A stretch of 64,000 nt of DNA from an uncultured Aliarcobacter sp. (GCA_963664305.2 CAXXLV010000002.1:672001-736000); one strand, 5' to 3'; numbered from the stretch's first letter, positions 1-10,153 are shown. Notes: generated from the letters alone by a model not told the origin. Program-made: numbers and translations.

Positions 1-87
1 AATGAAAATTGTATTATTGATTTTCTAAGTATTTGGTACTTTTTATTTTAATAGTGTAATATTTCTTACCAATAATAAGGAGAATAT

Positions 88-690
88 GTGGATTATAAAA
101 AATTTAGTGAAATTTCACCTTGTGATTATGCAGGAACTTTAAAAAGAGAAAGTTTTATGGATGCTGGAATAAAAGAACTTTGGTCAAATATTCCTAGAAT
201 CTCAGGTCCTGCATTTACTGTAAATATGGTTGCAGGAGAAAATTTAGCACTTCATAGAGCTATTTATGAAGCACCAGTTGGTTCTATAATCGTAGCCCAA
301 TCAAATACAATGGATTATGCAGTAATTGGTGGAAATGTAGCCACTATTGCGTATAACAGAGGAATTGTAGGTTTTGTGATTGATGGTGTTGTTAGAGACA
401 TTGCAGAAATCAGAGAAAAAAGAATTCCAATGTTTGGACGTGGTGTTTTAGCAATGCCAGGAACAAAAAAACAAGCTGTTCCCGTAAATACACCAATAAT
501 TGCAGGTGGAATAAATGTAAATCCAGGAGATATAATAGTAGCTGATGAGGAAGGAATTGCAGTTATTCCAAAAGATAGAGCTGAAGAGATATATCAAGAG
601 TGTAAAGAAAAAGTTAAAAAAGAGTCTGCTTTGAGTTTTGAAGAGTGGGCAGATAGACACAAAAAAAATATAGACTCTTTTTATGAGTGA
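88..690 (+). CDS. RraA family protein (HMG aldolase/MenG-like)
   Basis: GPAFTV, GENLALHRAI, VIDGVVRD and PGDIIVADEEG motifs; GTG start after AAGGAG. Confidence 0.85.
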   Translation: MDYKKFSEISPCDYAGTLKRESFMDAGIKELWSNIPRISGPAFTVNMVAGENLALHRAIYEAPVGSIIVAQSNTMDYAVIGGNVATIAYNRGIVGFVIDGVVRDIAEIREKRIPMFGRGVLAMPGTKKQAVPVNTPIIAGGINVNPGDIIVADEEGIAVIPKDRAEEIYQECKEKVKKESALSFEEWADRHKKNIDSFYE

Positions 691-712
691 TTTTTAAGAT
701 ATTAAGAAAAGA

Positions 713-1090
713 TTAGATTTTGCTATCTTTTCTTAAAATAAAAAGTATATATTTTCTCAAAATAAAAAGAATTTTATATAAAAGTTTTGAAAAAATATTC
801 TCATAAGCAAAGAAAAAGTGCAATTTTCCCAAAATCGTAGTTTTATCAACTGCACTATTTAAAAACTCTAAAGCTTTAGCTCCTTGAAAACAATGATTTT
901 CATAAACAACTATAAAACCATCATTTATATCTAAGTTTTTACAAATATTTTCTAGTTCTATTTTATTTTTTCTAACATCTATTAGTTTTAAATGAAAACT
1001 CTTTTTTAGCTTCAAAAAATTTGTATAGTTTTTACAAAAAGGACACTCTTCATCGTAAAATAGGATTATTTGATTAGTTTTCATTTTCAA
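713..1090 (-). CDS. DCC1-like thiol-disulfide oxidoreductase (DUF393)
   Basis: N-terminal YDEECPFC (DxxCxxC) motif. Confidence 0.8.
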   Translation of the reverse strand: MKMKTNQIILFYDEECPFCKNYTNFLKLKKSFHLKLIDVRKNKIELENICKNLDINDGFIVVYENHCFQGAKALEFLNSAVDKTTILGKLHFFFAYENIFSKLLYKILFILRKYILFILRKDSKI

Positions 1091-1451
1091 AATATATCAA
1101 AACTTTTGCGATGATTCTACAATCCTTTTTTTTATAAACAAGATGAGAAAAATCAGGATTTATAGATACAAAAAACTCTTTTTGCTCTATAAGACTAGCT
1201 TTTTTTATCCACATATTATCATCTTTATAAATCAAAAATATAGCTTCATTTTCAAACTCTTTTTGAGATAAATCAGCAACTACCAAAGATTTATCAGCGA
1301 TTTGTGGTTGCATAGATTTACCTTTTACTTTTGAAACAAAAAGTGAAGTTTTAGAGTATGGAACTTTTATCAAATCCTCTTCAAACTCCAACTCTTTTTT
1401 TACAATTTTATTGTCTATTTCTCGGTGGTATTCTAGTTTTATTTTGTTCAT
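1074..1451 (-). CDS. S24 (LexA/UmuD-like) peptidase domain protein without an HTH
   Basis: VKGKSMQP catalytic Ser, IKK catalytic Lys, and SINPDF motif. Confidence 0.8.
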   Translation of the reverse strand: MNKIKLEYHREIDNKIVKKELEFEEDLIKVPYSKTSLFVSKVKGKSMQPQIADKSLVVADLSQKEFENEAIFLIYKDDNMWIKKASLIEQKEFFVSINPDFSHLVYKKKDCRIIAKVLIYFENEN

Positions 1452-1457
1452 TGTTTA

Positions 1458-1796
1458 TTATAATTCTTTCAAAAGTAGAAAAATATCATGTTTTAGAGGT
1501 TTGATTTTTTTAGTTATGATTTCCCAAATTTCATCTGAATCTATACCAAAATAATTGTGAGCTACTATATTTCTAAAATCTTTTATTTTATTCCATGGAA
1601 TAGTTGAATTTTTTTCTTTAAAATTTTCATCAAGTTTTGAAATCATCTCGCCAATAATTATAAATTGCATCATAGTAGCATCAAAACTTTTTTGGTCATA
1701 ATAAAACATTTCACTATCATCAAACTCTTTTGTATAAATTTCTATTTTATCAATAGCTTCAATAATTGATAAAAGTGAAAATTTTATTTTAGACAT
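1458..1796 (-). CDS. HEPN/DUF86 (HepT-like) ribonuclease toxin
   Basis: IIGE, IPW and FRNIVAHNYFGID (R-X4-H) motifs; overlaps the upstream MNT gene. Confidence 0.9.
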   Translation of the reverse strand: MSKIKFSLLSIIEAIDKIEIYTKEFDDSEMFYYDQKSFDATMMQFIIIGEMISKLDENFKEKNSTIPWNKIKDFRNIVAHNYFGIDSDEIWEIITKKIKPLKHDIFLLLKEL

Positions 1797-2085
1797 ATTT
1801 TACTTCTTTTAAAACTTCATCTTTTAGAAGAGGTTTTAGGTATTTTTCCCTTGCAATATCTACTTTTTTATCAAATGCTTTTTCCATAATCTCTTTTAAT
1901 AAAGATTTTTTTTCATAAATATCTGTTAAATCTTTTTTCAATTCGATTAATATGTCTATATCACTATCATTTTTTGCTTCATTTCTAGCGTATGAGCCAA
2001 AAAGACCGATTTTTGTAATACCAAAATCTTTTTTGAATTGCTCTTTATGTTCTGTTAAATAGTTAATGATTATATCTTGAGTCAT
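1789..2085 (-). CDS. Minimal nucleotidyltransferase (MNT) antitoxin
   Basis: LFGSYARNEAKNDSDIDIL (GS-X10-DxD); ATG at 2085 after AAGGA preferred over TTG at 2091. Confidence 0.9.
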   Translation of the reverse strand: MTQDIIINYLTEHKEQFKKDFGITKIGLFGSYARNEAKNDSDIDILIELKKDLTDIYEKKSLLKEIMEKAFDKKVDIAREKYLKPLLKDEVLKEVKYV

Positions 2086-2295
2086 TTTCAATCCTTAATG
2101 AAATAATTATATCTAATTTGCTTTTATATTTACGATTTTAAAATATATTATAATTGTATATTACAATTATGTTCTAATTCCTACGGAGCGACCCATCTTA
2201 ATAGATGAGTTACCAATCAGACTTTTAAATTAATTTTTAAAACTTTCTTTTTTTAATGACTTTATAAAATAATTTTGTAGTATATCCCTGCTATT

Positions 2296-3153
2296 TTATA
2301 ATTCTGTGTATATAGCAATAGGATCAATAATAATTTCATGTGGAAGTTTACCAGTAAATGCAGTTTCTACATCTGTTAATTTTGTTACCATATTCATTAT
2401 AGATTCTTTAATATTATTAAAACTTTCTTTTTCAACTTTCTTTTCTGCAATAGATTCTTGACATTGTGTAACAATCCCAAATAAAACAAATTCTTTTTCT
2501 GTCTCTCTTGCATATCTTTTTATAAGTAAATTCTCTCTTTCTCTTAAATACTCTCTTTTGATATTAGTTGAAAATAGATTATGATTATAATTTATTTGTA
2601 TTTCAAGTTGTTTATCAAATCCATATTCTAATAATGTATTTAAACTATCTATAAATTTTTGATCCAGTTGTAACTTATTATTTTTTGCGTATTCATCAAT
2701 ATTTTTAAAGTCTTTTGATCTATCATTAATAAATCGCATATGAGCGAATGCTTTGCCAATTTTATTGAAATCTTTTAAAGTATGCATTAGTAATTCGATA
2801 TCATTAAATGTAGCTTTACCTTTGATTTTGATAAATGATGTATTGATACAAGTATCAACTATATTTACATCACTGTCTAAAGAATTAATATCTGCTACTT
2901 TATTATTTTCAATTAAATATTTTTCAAATAAAGTATATGAATAATCATGTAGATATTTTCTTTCTTCTGTTTTACTACCATCTTTAATTATATCTGCTAA
3001 TATTCTACCACTAGCAAAACCACCTTTTTGCTTATCATTATTTTCTTCTTCTTTGTAATTAGTACTCACTAAATATTCTGTTATTCCTTCGAAAATCTGA
3101 GATGATAGTGAATACATTTTATATTCATCTAAATAGATAAAGTTTTTAATCAT
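2296..3153 (-). CDS. Uncharacterised soluble protein (resembles DUF6414 from memory, unverified)
   Basis: 285-aa ORF with AAGGA RBS; N-terminal FIYLD..MYSLSSQ and C-terminal PIAIYTE. Confidence 0.7.
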   Translation of the reverse strand: MIKNFIYLDEYKMYSLSSQIFEGITEYLVSTNYKEEENNDKQKGGFASGRILADIIKDGSKTEERKYLHDYSYTLFEKYLIENNKVADINSLDSDVNIVDTCINTSFIKIKGKATFNDIELLMHTLKDFNKIGKAFAHMRFINDRSKDFKNIDEYAKNNKLQLDQKFIDSLNTLLEYGFDKQLEIQINYNHNLFSTNIKREYLRERENLLIKRYARETEKEFVLFGIVTQCQESIAEKKVEKESFNNIKESIMNMVTKLTDVETAFTGKLPHEIIIDPIAIYTEL

Positions 3154-3301
3154 TTATAATATCCTTTTGTTTCTTTCTATTATTTCTTTGATTTATAAAG
3201 TCATTATAATATTTTTTTCGAGTCTGAATTATAGACCAAAAAGAAAAAATAATTCCAATAATAATTGTAAATATAATTATAGTTATAGTAATTTCATTCA
3301 T
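3146..3301 (-). CDS. Small single-TM protein (51 aa), absent from the ORF track
   Basis: MNEITITIIIFTIIIGIIFSFWSIIQTRKKYYNDFINQRNNRKKQKDIIND*; ATGA overlap with the upstream stop, and its own stop overlaps the downstream start. Confidence 0.7.
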   Translation of the reverse strand: MNEITITIIIFTIIIGIIFSFWSIIQTRKKYYNDFINQRNNRKKQKDIIND

Positions 3302-3699
3302 AAAACAACCCTTTGTAACTTATTATTATAATGAACAGAATAACCTATAAAAAATGAGACCATGCTCATTACTATAACCAAGACTGTTATATTATTTTTA
3401 TCGATCATGGGAGAAACTTCATTTGATAATAAAATTAAAGCAAATAAAGCACTATATACAGTAATAAATAATATAGACATACCATTTTGTTTAGTTTTCC
3501 ATTCAGCTTTTTCATTACTATGTTCAAGTTCATTAATTATTGAAATATGTATAATTAATCCAAATATAATAATATCAGATATATTTAATAACTCTAATGA
3601 TGAGTCTTCAGTAACTAACCAAAGTAATGCTCTTATAATAACAGGTAATAAACCAATAACAACAGTATATATTAGCCACTTTGTTTTTCTATTTTCCAC
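3298..3699 (-). CDS. Hypothetical ~4-TM membrane protein
   Basis: 133 aa, four hydrophobic stretches; GTG start after AAGG. Confidence 0.7.
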   Translation of the reverse strand: MENRKTKWLIYTVVIGLLPVIIRALLWLVTEDSSLELLNISDIIIFGLIIHISIINELEHSNEKAEWKTKQNGMSILFITVYSALFALILLSNEVSPMIDKNNITVLVIVMSMVSFFIGYSVHYNNKLQRVVL

Positions 3700-3788
3700 A
3701 ATTTAACCTTAAATCATTTTACTTAGAATACCATAAGATAAAAAATAATAATATTAATTTTATTAATAACTTATTGTTTTTTTATATG

Positions 3789-6158
3789 TTAAACTTCCAC
3801 AACTCGTTCAAACATCTCTTTTATCTCCATTTCATGGCTAATTAAAAATATTTGTCTATATTGTTCTTTGATTGTATGAAAGGCCTCAAGTATTTCCATT
3901 CGTCTTGTATCATCTTGACTTCCAAAAACTTCATCAAAAGCCAAAAACTCTACACTATTTGCACCGCTTAGTTCACTCAAAGTTTTTGAAATAGCGATTC
4001 TTAAAACCAAGTTTGCAAGGTCGATTTCTCCACCACTAAATCGTTCTATTGGATACTTTTTACCTTCATCATAGATATAAAAGTCAAATTCATTTGAAAC
4101 CTCTATATGTTGATATTTTCCTTTTGTGATTTGTGCAAACATATTTGAAGCAATATCAGAAATTCTAGGGGCTACTTTTGAGTTTAGTTTTGTTTTAAAT
4201 TCTGCTAGATTTATTTTGATTTTTTCATAGTCATTTAGGTCATCTTTTTTTGTTTGTACTTTTTTTAGTTGAGTTTCATTGTTAGATAAACTCTCACTTA
4301 TAGTTTTGATTTGTCCTTCAATAGTTGCTATTTTTACTTTTAAATCATTTATTAGAGTTACTAAAGCATCTTTTTGTTTTTGTACCTCATCAAATTCTTT
4401 TGATTTTTCTTGATGTTTTACCTCATCATAGTTTATAGCTTTATACTCTAAATCTTTTTGTAGAAGTTCTAAATTGTATTTATCTTGATTTTGTATTGAA
4501 GTTTGTAACTCTTCTTTTATAGTATCAACTCTTTTTAACATTGTTTCAAGTGAGAGTATATACTCATACTTAGTTTTTAACTCTTTTTGTTTTAAAAGTA
4601 GTTCTTCATGTAAGTTCTTATCATAACTATAGATTTCTAGTTTACTTAACTCCTCTTTATTTTTTACACCCTTTTGTGTCACTTTTTCAAAATGCTCTTT
4701 TAGGGCTAATAAATCTCTTTTTTTATTTTCTATTAGATTTATTTTTTTAGAGATTTCAAAATGCTCTTTTATATATGCTTTTTGTAGTTCTTCTAGTTTT
4801 TCTTTTTCATCTTTTATATTTGATAATTGCTCTTTTGATTTATCAATCTTTGTATTTTGTGTATTTAGCACTATTTGTTCAAGGGAAAATATAACACTAT
4901 CATATTCATCTAAAAGTGGTCTTGTACAAGTTGGACAGTTTGATTCTTTTCCTAATGTTGTAATATTTTCTATTTTCTTTTTTATATCAGCTATGAGCTT
5001 CTCTTCACCTGCTATTTCTTGTAATACTCTTTTTTCATCTAATTCTTTGTTTGTTAGTAGTTGTTTATACTTTTCTATACTCTTATCTAACTCTTTTTCT
5101 TTTTCTACAAGTTCTAAATGCTCTTTTGTTTCAAACTCTAATACTTTTATATTATCCTTTGCTTTTGTGTATTGTTCTCTTAACTCTTTTTGCTCTAAAA
5201 GTAATCCATCTTTTCTTAGACTATACTCTTTTAGTTTATCTTGCTCTTTTAGAGTTTCATGTAGATTTATATACTCTTGCTTTATAGTTTGTAAGCCTTT
5301 TAACTCTTCTTGTTTTGTATATAAAGTATTTAGTTCATTTTGTAGTTTTTCTTGAGTTTTTTGGTGAGAGTTGATTGTATTTGTTAGAAGCTCACATCTA
5401 GCTTTTAGGCTTTGCTTTTGTTCTTTTGCTTTTGTAAATAGTTCTAACTCTTGTTTTATAGTAGAAGCTTTTTTATTTAACTCTTCTAAAACTAAACTTT
5501 GTTTATCTATCTCTTTTAAAAAATCTTCTTTTTGAGATGTTTGTTCAACTATATTTTCTTTTTTTATAGTTATATCTTCACTACTTAATAATACTTCTTT
5601 AAAAGCATCTATTTCTCTTTTTAATTCCCTACTCTTTTCTATTAACTCTTTTTCTACAAAATCAATCTTTTCAAGACCTAGAAGTTTTCTAATCATCTTT
5701 TTTCTATCTTCTGGTTTACTATTACTTAAACTTGTAAGTTCTTTTTGACTTGCAAATAGTGTATGCATAAAAGCATCTTTACTCATCTTTGTTAGATTTG
5801 AGATAGTTGTAGTTACTTCTTTTGCACCTGTTGTTATAAGTTCTTCGTTTTTATATAGTTTTGCATTAGCACTTAGAGTTTTTCCTCTAAACTCTCTAAT
5901 GATTTTATATATATTCTCACCTATTTCAAACTCTAGTTCAACACTAACTATGTCTTTTTGTGAAGCATTTGCATTTCTTACTACTTCTTTATCACCTTTG
6001 TTTCTTAGTTCTCCATATAAAGCAAATAAGATAGCTTCAAAAATAGTAGATTTTCCACTACCATTTTTTCCTATGATTCCTATAAGTCCTAAATCAAAAG
6101 TGATTTCAAAAGAGTTATACTTTTTAAAGTTTTCTAGTTTTAGTTTAGTTAGTATCAT
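3789..6158 (-). CDS. sbcC: SbcC/Rad50 SMC-family ATPase
   Basis: Walker A GKNGSGKST, coiled coil, CPTC zinc hook, FSGGE signature, FDEVFGSQD Walker B. Confidence 0.92.
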   Translation of the reverse strand: MILTKLKLENFKKYNSFEITFDLGLIGIIGKNGSGKSTIFEAILFALYGELRNKGDKEVVRNANASQKDIVSVELEFEIGENIYKIIREFRGKTLSANAKLYKNEELITTGAKEVTTTISNLTKMSKDAFMHTLFASQKELTSLSNSKPEDRKKMIRKLLGLEKIDFVEKELIEKSRELKREIDAFKEVLLSSEDITIKKENIVEQTSQKEDFLKEIDKQSLVLEELNKKASTIKQELELFTKAKEQKQSLKARCELLTNTINSHQKTQEKLQNELNTLYTKQEELKGLQTIKQEYINLHETLKEQDKLKEYSLRKDGLLLEQKELREQYTKAKDNIKVLEFETKEHLELVEKEKELDKSIEKYKQLLTNKELDEKRVLQEIAGEEKLIADIKKKIENITTLGKESNCPTCTRPLLDEYDSVIFSLEQIVLNTQNTKIDKSKEQLSNIKDEKEKLEELQKAYIKEHFEISKKINLIENKKRDLLALKEHFEKVTQKGVKNKEELSKLEIYSYDKNLHEELLLKQKELKTKYEYILSLETMLKRVDTIKEELQTSIQNQDKYNLELLQKDLEYKAINYDEVKHQEKSKEFDEVQKQKDALVTLINDLKVKIATIEGQIKTISESLSNNETQLKKVQTKKDDLNDYEKIKINLAEFKTKLNSKVAPRISDIASNMFAQITKGKYQHIEVSNEFDFYIYDEGKKYPIERFSGGEIDLANLVLRIAISKTLSELSGANSVEFLAFDEVFGSQDDTRRMEILEAFHTIKEQYRQIFLISHEMEIKEMFERVVEV

Positions 6159-7263
6159 AACTTACCTCTTCATACTTAGAAAATAGTTCTTGCGTTTTTT
6201 GTTTTAGTCTTTCATACTCTTTATCTTCACTATTTTGTTTAATATGCTCTAAAAAATACTCTTCAAGTGATATAGCTTCAAGATTATCAATATTTGATGA
6301 GGTAGTATCTTTTTTAAACTCTCTTTTTATACTAACACTTAAAGCAGTTGAAAATAATTCTTTGATTTGTTTGTTTTGAATATCTATTGAGCCTAATGGT
6401 GTAAGATTTGTTAGTTTTACTTCTACTATTGCATTTTGGCAATCACTTGTATCTAAAGCTTGTATTGAAGCTTCATAATCTTCACAATCTATCTCTTTTT
6501 GTCTAATAGCTCTTATGTTTATCTCTTTATACTCAATTTCTAGTTTATCTTTTATAGTTGCAACGATAAAACCTTTTGAGTTTCGTTTATCATTTAGACT
6601 TGTTCGTTCACTGCTTCCACTATAATAAACATTTTCATACTTTCCAACTTTTCCAAAACCATGCCAATGCCCAAGAGCTACATAATCCATCTTTTCAAAT
6701 ATATACTCTTTGTTTGATGGATATACCCATTCTCCAAATTCACTCATCAAATACCAAGCACCAACTGAACAGTGCATCATCATGATATTTCTTTTGTTTT
6801 CGTCTATATTCGCTTCACAAAAGTTTATCTGCTCTATTGCAATATTTTCATCATTCATATGTGGCAAAGTATGAAATACTACATCTTCAAACTCTATTTT
6901 TTTATACTCTTGATTATATGAAACATAGATATTTTTAAAGTTTTCAAATATCTTTAAAATAGGAGAACTAAGATTTGTTCGTGGAGTTGAGTGATTTCCA
7001 GCTATTAAAATAAATGGAATATTTAAACTATTTATTTCATTGAACTTTTGTAAGGCATAAGTAATAGCTCTATTACTAGGACTTGCTCTATGAAATAAAT
7101 CTCCCGTATGGATAATAAAATCAGGTTTGATTAGTTTTATTTGCTCAACTACTTGTGAGAAAGCATCATAAAAGTCTACTTCTCTTTGATTTATATTGTT
7201 TTCATTTATAATATCTAGGTCATTAAAACCTAGATGAGTATCGCTAAAATGTAGTATTTTCAA
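6145..7263 (-). CDS. sbcD: SbcD/Mre11 metallophosphoesterase nuclease
   Basis: HFSDTHLG, GDLFH, GNH, ALGHWH and YSGS motifs; overlaps sbcC. Confidence 0.92.
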   Translation of the reverse strand: MKILHFSDTHLGFNDLDIINENNINQREVDFYDAFSQVVEQIKLIKPDFIIHTGDLFHRASPSNRAITYALQKFNEINSLNIPFILIAGNHSTPRTNLSSPILKIFENFKNIYVSYNQEYKKIEFEDVVFHTLPHMNDENIAIEQINFCEANIDENKRNIMMMHCSVGAWYLMSEFGEWVYPSNKEYIFEKMDYVALGHWHGFGKVGKYENVYYSGSSERTSLNDKRNSKGFIVATIKDKLEIEYKEINIRAIRQKEIDCEDYEASIQALDTSDCQNAIVEVKLTNLTPLGSIDIQNKQIKELFSTALSVSIKREFKKDTTSSNIDNLEAISLEEYFLEHIKQNSEDKEYERLKQKTQELFSKYEEVSYDTN

Positions 7264-7375
7264 AGTTAAATCTTTCTTTTTTTAAAATTGTTAAAAGATT
7301 ATAACAAACAAATTACTCACAAATAGCTTTTATTCCTACTTGTTTTATCATAAATAAAATCTTATAATCCAATTT

Positions 7376-8230
7376 ATGGAAGACTTATTAGAAATTACCT
7401 TTTTATCAAGTTTAGAAAATGATGGTTTTGAAATACTTACATTGGATAAACTTTTAGGAAAATATGATTTAGAAAATCATTATATGACAAAACCACACAG
7501 AATTAAATTTTATAATATTTTGTATTTTACTAATGGTGAAGATTATCATTATATTGATTTTGAAAAGTATCCAGTAAAAAAAGGTTCATTAATCTTTTTA
7601 AATAAAAATCAGATTCATAACTTTAGTAAAACAGCTAATTATGAGGGATATATTATTTTATTTACTGAAAAGTTTTTAAATAGAAATCTTATAAATATTC
7701 AAAAAGTTTTTTACAATATCTTATCAAAACCTTATGTTTTAAATAATTGTTTCCAAGAATTTGAAAACATTTTCAAGCAACTTTTAGATGAGTATCAAGA
7801 TAAAAACAATCTTTTCAAAGAGAAACTTTTTGTTTTACTTTTTAATTATTTGATTTTGAAATCTGAAAAACTATTATCAAATAAGCTAATAGATAATCAA
7901 AATGAAAAATATCTTACAATATTTGAAGAGTTTACAAATCTACTACAAGAAAACTATCAAATATCAAGAAATGTAAATTTCTATGCTCAAAAATTGAATA
8001 TCTCTTCTAAACATTTAAATAGTTTATGTAGAAAGTTTTTAAATATTAGTGCTAAAAATACCATCGATAACTATACAATTCTAGAAATAAAAAGAGAACT
8101 AATTTCAAACTTACCTATTAAAGAAATAGCTTATAAATTTGGTTTTATTGAGACAACAAACTTTGTAAAATATTTCAAAAAACAAACAAACATTTCACCA
8201 TCTAAATTCAAAGAACAATTTGGTATTTAG
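7376..8230 (+). CDS. AraC family transcriptional regulator
   Basis: N-terminal cupin (PHR..FY); C-terminal IKEIAYKFGF...FVKYFKKQTNISPSKFK. Confidence 0.92.
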   Translation: MEDLLEITFLSSLENDGFEILTLDKLLGKYDLENHYMTKPHRIKFYNILYFTNGEDYHYIDFEKYPVKKGSLIFLNKNQIHNFSKTANYEGYIILFTEKFLNRNLINIQKVFYNILSKPYVLNNCFQEFENIFKQLLDEYQDKNNLFKEKLFVLLFNYLILKSEKLLSNKLIDNQNEKYLTIFEEFTNLLQENYQISRNVNFYAQKLNISSKHLNSLCRKFLNISAKNTIDNYTILEIKRELISNLPIKEIAYKFGFIETTNFVKYFKKQTNISPSKFKEQFGI

Positions 8231-8321
8231 TTCCATATTTACCATTTTTAATACTTTTTTTACCTTTAAAATATTTTCGTTTAAATATAAAATTCCATGA
8301 TATAACATAAAAGGAAAAAAC

Positions 8322-9020
8322 ATGAATGGAAAAAATATTTTATTAACTACTATAACATTGATTTCACTTGCATCTCAATCACTTAACGCTCAAGGCTTAA
8401 CACAAAAAGAAAAAAGTATAAATCTTTTAGAAAAAGCTTTCTCAACAAAACAAGATAGAAGTGTTTTAAGCTATATAAATGATAAAAAATATATTCAACA
8501 CAATCTTTATGCCAAAGATGGTATTGATGGATTAAAAGGATATTTAGATTATTTAAATGGAAAAGAGTTAAAAAATGATGTTGTTATAGCTTTTGAAGAT
8601 AACAATTATGTAGTTACTTTATCTTCAACTTCTCAAGAAAAACAACTTTCAAAGGTTATTGATATTTTTAGATTTGAAAAAGGTTTGATTGTTGAACATT
8701 GGGATAATGTTCAAGAACTAGCAAAAGATGAAAAATTACATGCAGTTGAAGTTATAGATATCGATAAAACTCAAAAAAATAAACAGTTAATAAAAGAAAT
8801 AATTAACGAAAAAGTTTTTGCTGGTAAATACCTAAAAAATCATATGATTTTAGCTCAAGGAAATCTTGTACTTTCAGTAAGCGAAGTAATAAAAGAGGAT
8901 CAAAAAATTTCATTATATGAGCTTTTTGATATAAAAAATTCTAAAATCATAAATCATTGGACGATTGAAGAATTTATTCCTTCAATTAATGAATGGCAAA
9001 ACTCTAATGGCAAATTTTAA
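8322..9020 (+). CDS. Secreted SnoaL/NTF2-like protein
   Basis: Signal peptide; YIQHN and DIFRFEKGLIVEHWDNVQ motifs; degenerate second repeat. Confidence 0.75.
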   Translation: MNGKNILLTTITLISLASQSLNAQGLTQKEKSINLLEKAFSTKQDRSVLSYINDKKYIQHNLYAKDGIDGLKGYLDYLNGKELKNDVVIAFEDNNYVVTLSSTSQEKQLSKVIDIFRFEKGLIVEHWDNVQELAKDEKLHAVEVIDIDKTQKNKQLIKEIINEKVFAGKYLKNHMILAQGNLVLSVSEVIKEDQKISLYELFDIKNSKIINHWTIEEFIPSINEWQNSNGKF

Positions 9021-9041
9021 AGATGGTTCTCCATCTTTAAA
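9016..9041. terminator. Probable bidirectional intrinsic terminator
   Basis: tttaaagatgg-ttct-ccatctttaaa hairpin between convergent genes. Confidence 0.7.
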
Positions 9042-9050
9042 TAATATTTT

Positions 9051-9779
9051 TTAGATTAACTTATACTCTATTGGAATTTGAATTTCTATAGTTTTATTTG
9101 TTTTAGGAAAATTTCTTGAAGCCTCTTCAATAGCTTCAATTGTTGCATTTTGTAAAAATTTATGACCATCAACTATAATAATATTTTCAACTGTACCACT
9201 TTCATTGATTTTAAATCTTACAGTTACAACTCCTTGAATAGATAATTTTCTAGCTTTCAAAGGGTATTTTACATTCTGATTTATCAAATCTCTAATAAGT
9301 GCTAAATGTTTTTCTAAATACTCTTTTTTTTCATCAATTACTGGTTTTGTAGCTAGTAATTCTTTTGTTTCTTTTTGTATATCATTATTTACTATATTTT
9401 CTTTTACAATTTCTTCTTTTGTAGGATTTTTTTGTTCTTTGCTTTCCTCTTTTTTAACTACTTTTTCTTTTTCTATTTTTTTCTCTTTTGGCTTTTCTTG
9501 AACCTTTTTCTTTTCTTCTTTTTTAACTACTTTTTCTATTGGTTCTGGTTTAATTTCTTCTTTAATTTGCTCTTTTTCTTCTTCTTGTATAATATTTTCT
9601 TCTTTTATTTGATTAACAACTGGCTCAGGTTTTAACTCAATATGATTTAAAGATATTTTTTGAACTACTTTAGAATCTTTTGTAATCATCTTTTTATCTA
9701 TAAAAAAATAGAAAATTCCAAAAGCAAAAGAACTATAAAAAACTAATGCAATAATAAAAGAATTAAAATATCTTTTCAT
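9051..9779 (-). CDS. tonB: TonB energy transducer
   Basis: N-terminal TM, Lys/Glu-rich linker, YPLKARKLSIQGVVTVRFKI C-terminal domain. Confidence 0.9.
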   Translation of the reverse strand: MKRYFNSFIIALVFYSSFAFGIFYFFIDKKMITKDSKVVQKISLNHIELKPEPVVNQIKEENIIQEEEKEQIKEEIKPEPIEKVVKKEEKKKVQEKPKEKKIEKEKVVKKEESKEQKNPTKEEIVKENIVNNDIQKETKELLATKPVIDEKKEYLEKHLALIRDLINQNVKYPLKARKLSIQGVVTVRFKINESGTVENIIIVDGHKFLQNATIEAIEEASRNFPKTNKTIEIQIPIEYKLI

Positions 9780-10153
9780 TTTTTAGTCACAATTGAAATA
9801 TTTGAATATTCGTTTCTTTTTAACATATCTAAAACCGATACAAAGATTTCAAATTTTGAATTTTTATCACTATTTATATGAATTGCAGTATCTTTAGAAA
9901 ATTGTAAAATATGTTCTTCTATATTCTTTAAACCCTCTATATTATTATTACAAAATAGAGTTCCATCATCTTTTATTACTATAATTATCTCTTTGTTTAC
10001 TTTTAAATTTTCAGCATTTGATGCTTTGGGAAGAGATATAGGAATTATTCCTTTTGTAATAAAAGTTGATGTCATTAAAACAATAGTTAATAACACAAGT
10101 AATACATCAATAAATGGTATTACATTTATTGAATCATATTTCTTCAGTTTCAT
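9776..10153 (-). CDS. exbD: ExbD
   Basis: INVIPFIDVLLVLL motif; ATG at 10153 chosen over TTG at 10177. Confidence 0.9.
   Translation of the reverse strand: MKLKKYDSINVIPFIDVLLVLLTIVLMTSTFITKGIIPISLPKASNAENLKVNKEIIIVIKDDGTLFCNNNIEGLKNIEEHILQFSKDTAIHINSDKNSKFEIFVSVLDMLKRNEYSNISIVTKK

Noticed and set aside
1455..3788. Integron cassette array or IS-bounded element
   Set aside because: No integrase or transposase, no convincing attC sites, and no terminal repeats found
4200..5700. Repetitive-looking low-complexity stretch
   Set aside because: SbcC coiled-coil coding sequence, not a tandem array
9370..9640. T-rich quasi-repetitive DNA
   Set aside because: Explained by the Lys/Glu-rich TonB linker on the minus strand
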